A stretch of DNA of 49,450 bases, filler included, from Trypethelium eluteriae (lineage: Eukaryota): the NCBI GenBank assembly GCA_051942245.1. It is 2 parts of 2 records of this genome, joined end to end, with 100 filler letters (N's around TTAATTAATTAA, not from the genome) between each part and the next. Parts side by side here need not be neighbours in the genome. Positions count along the whole stretch, not along the records: positions 24,784 to 49,450 come from JAVECL010000397.1; 1 more part is not named here. The stretch is one strand, 5' to 3'. The position numbers were made by a program, and so were the translations under genes. The notes under the pieces were generated by a model, which saw only the letters and a list, made by a program, of their open reading frames with translations, made no database searches and had not been told where the DNA came from. Shown one piece after another: positions 36,148-47,938 of this stretch (position 1 is its first letter; each line of letters opens with the position of its first letter).

Positions 36148-37506
36148 TCACTTCTTCGGCTTTGTCTTAAAACTCATCATCCTCTTCAATCGAGCTAGCT
36201 TGCTCAATCGGGCTTTGTCTGCAGCTACAAGATCTGCGGTAGTAGGCCGAATAGGCGACTCTACCCTGCTCATTGCTCCGTCTGGTGTGGCAGGCTCCAT
36301 CCCAACACTGACTGGTCGGGGCGTCTGAGGTTCATCAAGAAGCTGCGGGATCTCGCTTGGTGGTCTTCGTGAATTCGTGATGACTTTTTGGAGAACTTGC
36401 CACCCTGCGAGACCCTTCAGTTCGCCTGGCGATGCTTGTGAAGAGGCATTTCGCCACGGACAGTGATAGCGGTGATTCTCGACCAGGTTGAGGGCGGGAA
36501 GATCGTTGCTGTGCGCCTTGGTTCCCTGGGTTTCCTCTCGTTTGTACATCCACAGACCGATACGCGAGAAGCAATGCGGGCAACTCGCCAGTGCGGTCGA
36601 TCCGAACATCTCTCCCCGCCAGCCATAAAGCGCAAACTCAACCGCCGCCTGAGATGGTTCCTCCTCCCCAAAGAAGCCTGCTGGAAGTCGCTCCACAAGG
36701 CTCTCGAGACTCCGCGCCCCCTCAGGCGTCCCTATCCTCGCCGGCAACTGCTCCTTGATCCCCTCTAAGCTCTTATACCTCTCCAACAGCCCCTGCTGCC
36801 AGTAACTCCGCTTCGCAAGCGGCAAATGATAGATATCCGTCTTACACCCGGCTCTCCTCCACCTGCACTCCTCCTCATGCCCCTCCACCACCAACCCCCG
36901 ATACCGCTCCACCAGCTCTGGCTCCACCTCCACGCTATAGTCCTCACTCCCCTCGACCTCATTCCCCTCCGCATCCCTCCGCTTCGGCCGCAGTCTCACC
37001 ACCACCCGACACTCGCACCCGCCCTTACACGCCACCCGATTGATGCCCTCGCACACCCAGCCCCGCTTCGCCCACTCCACCTCGCTGATCACGTCGGGTT
37101 TCGGCGTCCACAGCTTCACGTCGGCGAAGGTCTTGAGCCGGGCCAGAAACACGTCGTGGCTCCAGGGGATGTAGTTTGGCTGGCGGCGTGCTGGGATCGA
37201 GGAGGCGAGCGCTTGGGCGCGGGCTTCCGCTTCGGCGGCTGCGGCTTTCTTCTTGGCTTCCAGACGCTCGCGCGCGATTTCGCGGATTGATTGAGGGGAT
37301 CCCCGGAGACGTTTGGCGGCGGGGGTGGTGTTGGTTTCGGTGGTGGGATTGCTGGTGGGAGAGATGGTGTCGTTGCTGGTACGGCCGATGTTGGTTCTGG
37401 AGAGACTGCCGGCGGAGTTGGGGCGGCTGCTTCTTGGGGAATCGTTGGTGAGGTTGTCGAGGAGTTTGTCGAACTTGCGTTTCGAGGTGCTGAGCGCAAC
37501 GGCCAT
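36148..37506 (-). CDS. C3HC zinc-finger protein of the Rsm1/Pml39/NIPA(ZC3HC1) family
   Basis: First module YIPWSHDVFLARLKTF...EWAKRGWVC...C..GC...GHEEECRWR; second module FALYGW...CPHCFSRIGLW...HRYHCPW. 452-aa single exon. Confidence 0.88.
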   Translation of the reverse strand: MAVALSTSKRKFDKLLDNLTNDSPRSSRPNSAGSLSRTNIGRTSNDTISPTSNPTTETNTTPAAKRLRGSPQSIREIARERLEAKKKAAAAEAEARAQALASSIPARRQPNYIPWSHDVFLARLKTFADVKLWTPKPDVISEVEWAKRGWVCEGINRVACKGGCECRVVVRLRPKRRDAEGNEVEGSEDYSVEVEPELVERYRGLVVEGHEEECRWRRAGCKTDIYHLPLAKRSYWQQGLLERYKSLEGIKEQLPARIGTPEGARSLESLVERLPAGFFGEEEPSQAAVEFALYGWRGEMFGSTALASCPHCFSRIGLWMYKREETQGTKAHSNDLPALNLVENHRYHCPWRNASSQASPGELKGLAGWQVLQKVITNSRRPPSEIPQLLDEPQTPRPVSVGMEPATPDGAMSRVESPIRPTTADLVAADKARLSKLARLKRMMSFKTKPKK

Positions 37507-37820
37507 GGTGGTTGAGGAAAGTGTTGGATAGATCTTGTAGAAAAAAAAAATACTAGCTTCGATCTGGAGTGAGATGTTTACTAGAGGTGTTGCTCAGGAT
37601 TGGCCTTAGAGGCACGCAAGCCCACGAGAAAGAGGTTTGATGTACGGAGTGTGGAGCTTTACAGATTTAAGATCACAAAACAAAGCGGATCTGAACGCGC
37701 CAGTCCAAGACCCTGTCGCTCGCTCCCTAATGCTATTTCCTGAAACCCCACAATTTGCCCAACTTTAATGCATAACCTAGCGATGACGGAGACTAGACAC
37801 GCGTCAATTGAAATGAACTC

Positions 37821-39038
37821 ATGAAAGTTCCGACTTACTTCAAAGCTCTTTTCTTCTCCTCGGCCTTCATTCTGGCTTTAAGCATTTTCTTGAATCGTCT
37901 GAATACATTATCATCCCACTTCCCGACATCTGTCCGACTTCGACAGACCTTTTCCACTGCCAAAACCAACATGTCCCATCATTACGCTCAAGAGCTACAA
38001 ATTGCCCTCCTCGCAGTCCAAAGAGCCACCCTCCTCACCAAACGGGTCTTTCACGAAAAAGCTAAAGGTACTGCTTCCAAGGACGACAAGTCCCCCGTCA
38101 CCATCGGTGACTTTGGTGCTCAAGCTCTCATCATCTCCGCACTTCGCCATAGTTTTCCGGGGGACGAGATTGTCGCCGAAGAGGAGGCATCCGCGCTGAG
38201 AGAGAACGAAGGATTGCGAAGTCAGATATGGGAACTTGTGAAGACAACGAAGCTCAATGATACGAGCGCGGAAGAACAGCTGGGTGGGGGCATCAAAGAT
38301 GAGGCTGCAATGCTGGACATAATTGACGAAGGAAAGAGCAAGGGCGGCGCAAAGGGCAGGATATGGGCTATCGACCCAATTGATGGAACGAAAGGGTTTC
38401 TTAGAGGAGGGCAGTATGCCGTTTGTTTGGGTTTGATGGTAGATGGTGATGTGAAGGTTGGCGTACTCGGATGTCCGAACCTCCCGGTCGACGATTCCGT
38501 CTCATTAGACACAAAGGCTGGCGTGGACCAGTCTGACGAGGAAGGCAAAGGGGTACTTTTTGGGGCTGTGCAAGGACAGGGTGCCACCAGCAGACCGATG
38601 AGTACAGGAAGGCTCCAAGGAAGCAAACCCATCCACATGAAAAGGGTTGAAGACATTACTCAAGCAACTTTCTGTGAGAGCGTCGAGGCGGGTCACTCCT
38701 CACAAGACGATGCAGCGAAGATTGCCCAGAAATTGGGGATTGCGAAGCCGAGCGTGAGAATGGATTCGCAGGCAAAGTACGGCTCAATAGCGAGGGGAGC
38801 GGGAGACTTGTACCTGCGATTGCCGGTTCGAAAAGATTATCAAGAGAAGATCTGGGATCATGCTGCAGGAGACCTCATCGTAAGAGAAGCGGGCGGAGTA
38901 GTGACCGATGTAGAAGGATCCCGACTTGATTTCAGCGTAGGAAGGACGCTCGCAGAAAACAAGGGCGTCATTGCGGCTCCGAAAGCTGTTCACCCACAGG
39001 TGCTCGATGCAGTCAAAAGCGTGCTTGCAGCAAAATAG
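37821..39038 (+). CDS. MET22: 3'(2'),5'-bisphosphate nucleotidase (Met22/Hal2); conserved core starts at ATG 37971
   Basis: KDDKSPVTIGDFGAQALI, IVAEEEA, WAIDPIDGTKGFLRGGQYAVCLGL, RMDSQAKY, YQEKIWDHAAG. Confidence 0.96.
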   Translation: MKVPTYFKALFFSSAFILALSIFLNRLNTLSSHFPTSVRLRQTFSTAKTNMSHHYAQELQIALLAVQRATLLTKRVFHEKAKGTASKDDKSPVTIGDFGAQALIISALRHSFPGDEIVAEEEASALRENEGLRSQIWELVKTTKLNDTSAEEQLGGGIKDEAAMLDIIDEGKSKGGAKGRIWAIDPIDGTKGFLRGGQYAVCLGLMVDGDVKVGVLGCPNLPVDDSVSLDTKAGVDQSDEEGKGVLFGAVQGQGATSRPMSTGRLQGSKPIHMKRVEDITQATFCESVEAGHSSQDDAAKIAQKLGIAKPSVRMDSQAKYGSIARGAGDLYLRLPVRKDYQEKIWDHAAGDLIVREAGGVVTDVEGSRLDFSVGRTLAENKGVIAAPKAVHPQVLDAVKSVLAAK

Positions 39039-39070
39039 ATATACATACGCCGATATATATTGTACAAAAA

Positions 39071-39953
39071 TCATTTGATCTTCTTATTTTTCAGCCGGAT
39101 TGTTTCCCCATTCACGAATATCCCTTTACCCTTGTATGGCTCCGGCACTCTCCACCTACGTATCTGAGCCGCGAAACTCATAACCACCACCTTTTCACAT
39201 CCTTCTAGTAGTATTCGGGTTGGCTGAGGTGTACTAGCCTTGACTCCTAGGGGAACCCCCAGCTCAATTGGATGCGAGTAGCCGACCTTCAGCGAGACGA
39301 ATTTTTGACCTTGGTATTCGGGTGATTTGGTGATGGCTGTGTCCTCGACCGTCGCACGGTACCCAACACCAACGAGCCGGAGGATGGCGGTGTGGCCTTC
39401 AGAGACTCCACGTATATGATTTTGAAGATAGGCGCGGATTGTACCTAGATAGCCAGAAGATCGTCAGAAAGAGCGGCGCCTGGTTAAGAAGACAGCAGCG
39501 GATGGCATACCCCACATCTCTCGCTGGTGCCTCTCCTTAGGGTCCAATACTTTGATAGATCGAGAACTTGACGCTGTGTCGTCCATGATGGTTACATATG
39601 GCGGGATTGACATTGACATCTTTCCTGTCCAGAGTTGAGCTTAGCCCTCTTAGCATTGAAATGAAGCCTTGCATACCCAAAGGTCCCTCAATGTTGACTG
39701 TAGACGTTGGTTGTGTTCTGCTAACCCTGCCCACAGATTTCGGCGCAGCAGGTGGAATCACCTGGAATTTGACCTCTGGAGGAATTGATAAAGGCGCGCT
39801 ACCAATGCGGGATTGACATTTTCTAGTCGAGGAGAGATTGCGTTGTGACGCCGGCAAATGGAAGGCAGGGAGCAGAAAGGAGGGTATAGAATCGAATAAC
39901 GGCTGTCGTGCATGAATCTTGCCTGCAATCCGCCGGCAGACTCTCTGGGCCAT
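39071..39953 (-). CDS. MRPL6: Mitochondrial large-subunit ribosomal protein uL6m
   Basis: Exons 39953-39677, 39624-39511 and 39444-39071. Presequence, then SRIGSAPL, IEGPLGKMSM, QREMWGTIRAYLQNHIRGVSEGH, LKVGYSHP and EPYKGKGIFVNGETIRLKNKKIK. Confidence 0.95.
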
Positions 39954-40059
39954 GATGCGCGCAGCTATGGTAAAGATTGCGATTTGAAGACGAAGGAAAG
40001 GCTACCTACAGGCGAAGCGAGTACAGACCAGATGCGCTTTTGCTCCGTTCACGTGTAGT

Positions 40060-40265
40060 CGCGAACATTTCGCGGGCCATCAGGGTCGAAGCCCCACTAT
40101 GACTAAACTGGTTCGTCCCCACTGCGCCTTATCAACGCGATCTCACTTCGCGCCTTTGCCTATAGCAGCAACCTCATATACCTAACCATAGTGGTCCAAA
40201 AGGTTGTGGTGTTGAGGTGGGGGAAGAGGACGCGTTGCCAGAAGTGAGGAGGGGCTATCTACGCG
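40060..40265. promoter_or_regulatory. CGCG/MCB-like cluster in the MRPL6/KAR5 divergent promoter
   Basis: CGCG at 40060, 40071, 40136, 40149, 40231 (within a full ACGCGT at 40230-40235) and 40262. Confidence 0.4.
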
Positions 40266-40401
40266 GAATTTCTCGCTTAATTACGGGACAGTATTACTTC
40301 ACAGTATTCAACTCACTTGTGTAATCTTCTTCATCCTTCGTTCCTTGTCACTTCCACCCTAGTATCAACAGATCTTATTTCTTCGTGCGACGCTATTCTT
40401 C

Positions 40402-42169
40402 ATGGCGAACCTATATCTTCTCTTCATTTCTCTCATGCTCCTGGTTGGGCATTTGGCATGCATTTCGATGGCGTCTACTCCTGGTCAGTGTCGCGTCTTC
40501 CAGAGCTGTTCGAAATGTTCTTACTTACATCATTCTAGATCTAGAGCCTGACAAAGAACTCGTCTCCAAACTTTACAGTGCTGGAGTTCATAGATGGGAG
40601 GCATTTGAGAAGGCGCTCGACATCCTCCAAGCTGTTCCCCATCGCAGCTCATGCCATTATCGTGCTATCTACGGAGTGATTGACTCTTGTCCCAAACTTC
40701 AAACAAGCGGCTCCTTTGAGAACAAAGCTACACGCAGTGTTTCTGAGGGTATCGAAGTCGCGCAGGACATTTTCTCAATAAAACTCGCGGTCTGCGAGCT
40801 TGATAGCATGAATGTCTCTATTCCTGCCACATGTGATCCTCTTCGCACTTTTGGGGAGCGCAAGCAAAGCACGAAACCGACAAGCTCTTTCTTCGGCTTT
40901 CGTATTCAGTCTGTTCCTACGGAGTCGATGGACGACGCAGTACTGCCATCGTCCCAGGAGGTTGTCAATTGCAAGAAGGCTCTTTATGACTGTCCCGACA
41001 GCGGCCGAACCTGGATTAGTTTCACAAGTTTCCGTCCCGATGTTCGTGACCTGTGCGAAGCGAGCCGAGTCTTGGCTGATATACGTAAGTGCCAACTAGA
41101 AGTATGCCCCAGGTTAATGCTAATCTGCTACCGCAGAAGAGAAATTTGCGATGTATGAAAATCTGACTCAGGTGGTGGTTGAAGTCACTCGTGCTGCGCA
41201 AGAAAATCACGAAGGGCTTGAGTTCGGCCATGAGAGGATTCAAGCATTCCGGACAGAGCTGGAGCTCTTCCGTCAAGGATTTTTGCAAGAGTTCGGACAT
41301 GCCCAAGGCACTCTCACCACGTTCTTCGAGCAATTCAAAGACAACCTGGAGACAACTGCTCGTGAGAGTTTCAATGCAATCTTCCAGATAAATAAGGCTG
41401 CACAGGAGAGCATCACCGATCTGGCCAAAGTAAGCCATAATTCTGACACGATCCAGCAGTCACTAACGAAAATTGCAGGACATTGACAAATCTGAAGTTG
41501 CGATGAAGAACCTCCAAGGCTCTATAGAGGACGTTTCGTTAGTTGCGCTTCCCGCATTGCATGATGATATGGGCTTTTTCAGATCACAAGTGGTATGAGC
41601 ATTGAACCATGTCGTGTAGGTAGACTAATTCGGAGTAGACCTCAGCAGTGACTGGAATTGAGGAACTCTTGACGAGACAGCAGACGCTCTCGGAGGTATG
41701 AAAGTCGTAGTCTGAGGTGACTTCTTTGCTAACTCCATATTAGTTAACGACCAATACGACCGCTGCTGTCATCGCCCTCAATGCATCCTTGGACCTGCTT
41801 CAAGAGAAGTTCGCCGGCCTCGCTAAAATGTGCACAGCCCTAGGATCAACCGTTGAGCATATCTCGAGGTTCGTATTATCTTTAACCACTCATTGGATCA
41901 TTTGGCCCTGCCTCATAATTGCAACATTCTCTTGCTGCTTGTATCTTTTTGTACGGTTCTTTGCCGTGGTAATCCATAGAATATCTGGCAAGCATGTCCC
42001 TACAGGTCTGCATGCTTCTTCAGATTCGATGGTGAAGCGAGACCCATCGGTTCCTATCCAAAAGGATGGAATATCTCAATGGGAAGAGGCCGGCTTTTAT
42101 AAGAGAGGGGACTCCATCATCTTCCACAATACTTTTCAAGAAGACTACTGCGATGGCCAATCTGCTTGA
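40402..42169 (+). CDS. KAR5: Nuclear membrane fusion (karyogamy) protein, Kar5/Tht1/GEX1 family
   Basis: Six exons: 40402-40483, 40539-41084, 41137-41429, 41479-41592, 41639-41695, 41744-42169. Signal peptide; Cys-rich domain SSCHYRA...DSC...FSIKLAVCEL...IPATC...VVNCKKAL...TWISFTS...DLCEASR; coiled-coil region; C-terminal TM WIIWPCLIIATFSCCLYLFVRFFAVVI. Confidence 0.75.
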
Positions 42170-43018
42170 CTGCCATTTGGCCTCATCGATGGCGGTCCTT
42201 CCAGTGCCTTTCACCAGTCTTAGGATTTCTCGCGGAGACGGGTTCTTCGCGGGAACCGATCCTGATCTCTTATACCTTCTAGTTGCTTTGGACCTCGAAA
42301 CGATCTCATGAAGAAACGCTGGCTAATCTTACTACATTAAGATAATGTATATTTGACGTTGCTTTCGCTCCTTACGATTGCATTGCTCGAGGAGTCGGAA
42401 AAGCATAGCGGCAGGCGTGGATGGACAAGGTTTGCTTCAATTGCTCTTCATTGCTGAAATAATGATAGTCATGCGCGAGAATTTAAAACGAGGAACCGAG
42501 AGGAATCATGTGCTCAGGTGGCTTCATTTCGATTGTTACATCAAGTTAAGACAACTTCACTGGTAAAGGTGTCCCTTCCATAGTTGATGAATAATGTTAC
42601 ATACCTGAACATTTGTTCGCTTGTCACCTGTCTTCGGGAGTTCGCTTAGGAGTCGTTGGTAAAGCTCCAACTGCGATGGGTCCGCAACCACGCCAAGCCC
42701 TAGTAGCAATCTAGAGTTCGTCTCGTTTCGGCGGCGGTTTTAATCTGTCGACAGGACTGGCTGGGTGGGGGCGAAGCAGACAACCCGGGTGCTTCAGCTG
42801 ACAGGGGTCCCCGACGAATCGATAGCGCCTTCTGTGCCGCATCTTCGAGCCTCAAGAGCTCGTGCTGGCCTCCCTCCATTTCTCCTTACCTCTCAGCCTG
42901 GCGTTGAAGAATAAATACGTACTACTCCTCACCCTATACAATCGCTGAACCCATATATCGCGGACAGCCGGACTCTCCGCACAGAAGACAGGAAACCGAC
43001 CCATCCAATCTGGCCACC

Positions 43019-44167
43019 ATGTCGCGGTTGGAGAGAATCAAGACCGCGCCCTCGCACTACCCACCGGTCCCGTTCCACATTATTCGAACGGCACAATTAA
43101 TATCCTCTGCCTATGTCTTCTCGGTGATGTGCTATTTCATATGGTGGTTAATCCACGACCGCTATCCGATTCCATGGACATTCATCTTGGTGCGTTGCTC
43201 TCTGAACCCTCCGAAGCCTTCATCGTTACAGCGTGGCTTGGCTATCACACCTTTGAGGGACTCACTGGCTTGGCACCTCAACCAATTGCTAACAACTGGG
43301 CTCACAGCTCCTTACGGTCTCGCTATTGACGGTCCTGAGTCTCTCCGTAACAATCGTCCTGCACTGCTTCATTAGCCTGAATCCCCGTCTCAACATGCTT
43401 ATCAATGCCGCGCTGGCGGTCATCTGGGTTGTCGGGTTCAGTCTACTGGCTTGGTGGACGACTCAAAGCACATTGCGTCACGTCTGTAATGTATCAAATT
43501 GGACCGACGACACCGGTATCATGGTGTGCCGCCTCTACAAGAGCTTGTTTAGCTTTGCTCTATTTGGACTGTGAGTCCTATTCCGCCCTTGCCCCCTCTC
43601 CCCGATGGGGTGTATTACGACGCGATTGGACAACTGTATGAGCGAAGAGCAATACTAACCCTCCACCCTAGTGTATCCACCCTCCTCGCCTTCGGCCTCG
43701 ACATGTACGTCCGCCAACGCAGCACTCGCCGCGGCGTCTATCACAACATGTCCCCCATCGACGCCAAGCGATCCGTCAACGCCGACGCCTACCCAGTCCC
43801 CTCCACCGCCGCCTCCGCCACGAACCCATTCTCCGACCCCCCGAACCCCTTCTCCGACCACAACGCCATGCCCCGCCAGTCTTCTCCTGCAGCGGCGGGC
43901 CACGAAAGCCCCTACGCGAACCGTATGCCGAGCCCGTACCTGCAGTCCCCGAATGACCCGGAGCAAGGAGGATTCAGCCATGGCGCGCACGCTGGTGCTG
44001 GTGCGAATGGTGCGGAGGTCGATAACACGAAGAGCCCGATGGAGTATTTGAAGGGACCGTTTGCACGGCAGCAGCGGCCGGAGAAGGGCGGGTATGAGGT
44101 CCCGGATGAGCAGTTCAAGTATGATGATGACACGGAGTATCGGGGAGGGCATCATGGGGCGGCGTAG
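43019..44167 (+). CDS. Four-TM MARVEL-like membrane protein with a disordered C-terminal tail
   Basis: Exons 43019-43189, 43308-43570 and 43672-44167. FHIIRTAQLISS, four hydrophobic helices, a Cys pair in the second outer loop (HVCNVSNWTDDTGIMVCRLYK), and a tail with NPFSD twice. Confidence 0.8.
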
Positions 44168-45396
44168 GTTGAAGAGTTGGATAGGTTGCATGTGGAAGGT
44201 ACTTTTGGTTGGATTTGCTCTGGACTTGTGACGATGAGCTGGAAGATGTATCAATAGAGTCGGATTTCGGGGGCGCGGCGCGCGGTGTTTTTGCTATTGT
44301 TGCATATGCCTCAAAGACTGCAAAATACTGGACAACATGTCTTGGCGATCTTGTCATGTCGGAGATGGCTTCATTTCATGATTGTGAGCTTGTGTCTTGG
44401 GATCCATATAGCATAAAATATGAGTGAATACCTGCCTGGTATTGATACTACTGACCGATGTTGCCATCAAGTGGGAGTGTCAAAGGTATACAGAATATAT
44501 TTCTGGTATCGCGTTTCTGACAAGCATAGTTTCTGTCAGTTCCGAACCGTCGACTCGATCGAGACTGGTGGCAATCGAGCAGCGTCATGCTCTGATTTCC
44601 AAGATCCAGCGGCTCAGCCCATTACTTGAAATGTGTCTCCCTGCTGTCTTGACCTAACAGGCAATAGAGAAGCTCTATCTTCGTTTTACTCGGTGGTCTT
44701 TTCTTGACGCTGAGAGATGACGCGTGCCTCTTTTGTTGGATGATTGAATGGGCCATTTGGAGATGTCATTCCCCTTTCATAAGATGTCTTAGACCAGAAG
44801 GGAGAAACAGGAACGCTTTCAGGCTACGAAGTAAATAAGGATAAGCAACTTTGAATTGGCACTCAAGGCATAGGAGACTAGGCTGAGCTTGGTAGACTAG
44901 ATTACTCATTTGTGATCAGATCCGCTGCAATCAAAAGAGTAGGTGAGAGCTCATCACCAATCAAATATCACAGTCAATCAGTCCAAATGCCTGTCACATC
45001 CTGGAATGATGGAGCCAAAGTCATGCAGGGAGGAGGAACTTGTTTCCTAGCCGTCCCACAAGGATGAATGGATGAAATGACTCGATAAAGCTTCTTATAT
45101 CTAAAAGTCAACGATTAGGCACAGAAACGAGCTTTTAAATGTTTTCTCAATTCAATGCTGATACAGCATTTGTGAAGCTATGGATGCTCGCAGTCGCTAC
45201 CTGTTCTGTAGAATGCCCTTGCTCGAGATGAAGCTTGAGGCCGGCCCGTCATGACTCTAAATCACTTTCTCAGACCTCCACCATCCCACGCTAACAATAC
45301 TCGATGCTCACATCGACGTGATTGCTCAAGCTACCCCCGATGCCTCATCAATAAATAACCTTGAAGCTGCTCTTCAGCTTCTGCTGATAGCGACGC

Positions 45397-47938
45397 ATGC
45401 ATTCACTACAGCAATCGAGCCCTATCTCGCGGCCAATTGGCCATACCGTCTTCCGGCCCGCTTTGTATTCCGTTGGGAAGCTACTCTACCTAACGCTCGC
45501 CCAGCTTCCGTCAATTTGTGCCGCACCTCTAGCACACTTTAAAACCCTTTCAGATGTGAAGCTAAGAGCGGAGGATGCAAAAAATGGCGAGTTTTGGGTT
45601 TACATCGGTGTCGCGATTGCCCTGGTGCTGCTTGGAGGGGCTTTTGCCGGATTGACCATTGCGTAAGCTGAATATTCTTTACAAAGCTTATTGGGACCTG
45701 AATGCTGACTGAGAGATGTCCTTAGGCTTATGGGACAAGATGAAATATACCTGCAAGTTATCAAAGAAGCTGGGGAAGGGGCAGAGCGGAAACAAGCCAC
45801 CAAGGTCCTCAATCTTCTAAAGAAGGGGAAACACTGGGTACTTGTCACTTTGCTCCTCAGCAATGTCATCACGAACGAGACTCTACCCATCATACTTGAC
45901 AGGTCTATCGGCGGTGGGTGGCCAGCAGTGTTGAGCAGTACGGTTTTAATTGGTATCAAATATTCTTAACTTCATCGAAGACATGCAACTGATTTGTACA
46001 GTCATTTTCGGAGAGGTCGCACCACAGTCAGTATGCGTTCGATACGGTCTGCCCATCGGCGCTTTCATGGCCCCGTTCGTCCTAGGTCTAATGTGGGTCC
46101 TCGGACCTGTAGCGTGGCCGACTGCTAAGCTCCTGGACTGGCTACTTGGAGAAGACCATGGCACAATCTATAAGAAGGCAGGGCTTAAAACGCTAGTCAC
46201 TCTGCATCGAACGCTCGGTCAGACATCCGACGAACGTCTTAGCCAAGATGAAGTCACGATAATTAGTGCGGTACTGGACCTGAAGCAAAAGCCAGTGGGC
46301 AACATAATGACACCGATGAACGATGTGTTTACGATGTCTGCGGACACGGTTCTGGATGAGAAAATGATGGATACTATTCTATCTGCAGGCTACTCAAGGA
46401 TACCAATATACCATCCAGACAATCCTCGGAACTTTGTCGGAATGCTGCTTGTTAAAATTCTTATTACTTATGACCCGGAAGACTGCTTGCGTGTACGCGA
46501 CTTCGCCTTAGCTACACTCCCAGAAACGAGCCCCAAGACTAGCTGCCTAGACATCGTTAATTTCTTTCAAGAGGGCAAATCTCACATGGTCTTGGTCTCA
46601 GACTTTCCCGGAGAATCGTATGGCGCTCTGGGCGTCGTGACTTTAGAGGACGTAATTGAAGAACTTATTGGAGAGGAGATTATTGACGAATCGGATGTCT
46701 TTGTGGACGTTCATAAGGCAATAAGACGCCTTACACCTGCCCCTAGGACCCGCATGCCGAGGAGCGAATCTCGTGACGGTGAGCCAGTCGATGCTGGGGA
46801 TGAAGAGGTCGACTACGAGGAACAACGACCCAAATTAATTTCTCGAGCAACTCATGCCGGAGTTACCAGGGAGACCAGTGGCAGCCGCAAACCTTCTCTC
46901 TCCGAGCTTAGCAGAAGTCCCGGGCGGGCCGCAACATTTCTTATGCGACGGAAGAGTAGTACTAGTGGTTCTACAGACCCTTCGCCTATGCCTGTACCCA
47001 TAAGGAGTGGAACGCCGGAACTTCGACAACATTTACGACACTTGGGACCATCCAACGTCGCAAGCAGGCCACGCCAGACCAAATTCTCAAACGTCAAGAT
47101 CAAACCAGGGGTGGGAACTATCCCAGAAAACACAACCATAGCACCGCGTAGTTTAGGAGCCAGTGGTAAGGAGCATTCGTCAACTAGCCTCAAAAGTCCA
47201 GAAGGCGGAGTAGGCCAGGGTCTCCTTGCGGACTCCGGCCTTGCAGCCAGTGATGGCGTCCAAGCACTGAGCCAAGGCTACGGTACCATGCGCAAAGATA
47301 CCTCATCTCTACACAACGATGTTCCGAACGGAGACCACGATGCTGCATCCTATCAGAACCAATCTACGAAAACCGTCTTCCATCAAAACGACAACAACAC
47401 CACCCTCAACACTCCCAGCAAAATCGTCGTCGATATGCGTCCCCGATCTCAACAGAGCGCCCAGCACGACGCCCCAGCAGATACCCTCGACCACGACGAC
47501 GACCTCCTTGACCCAGATCAGTTAGGCGAGATGCGTCACCATGAGCGCTCCCGTAGCGGTCGCTCCGCTGGCAAGCGGTCCGGTAGCATCACGGAGAACA
47601 TTGTCGAGCAGGACGGCGTCAAGAAGATCGTGCTGGAGTTCGCAGGGAGCGATATCGAAGACGAGGACGATGCTGCGGGCGAGGCTTCGGAGGGCGAGAA
47701 AAAATCACCGCGTGACGAGGCGTCTGACGCTACGGCTGGGGAGACGGAAGATGGAGGGGTAGGAGTAAGTGGCGGGAATGGAGAGACACCGTCGAGTAGT
47801 GCTGGGTTATGGGGTGGAAGCGGAGGAGTGGCGGGTGCGGATGGGGTTGCTGAGGGCAAGAAGAAGAGGAAGAAGCGAGGAAAGAAGAAGGGGAAAAATA
47901 GGAGTGTCTCGCCAGAGAAAAAACCACTGTTGAGATAG
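45397..47938 (+). CDS. MAM3: Mam3/CNNM-family metal transporter (DUF21 + CBS pair) with a long disordered tail
   Basis: Exons 45397-45662, 45726-45952 and 46002-47938. Motifs [73 protein letters not shown] and [19 protein letters not shown]. Confidence 0.95.
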
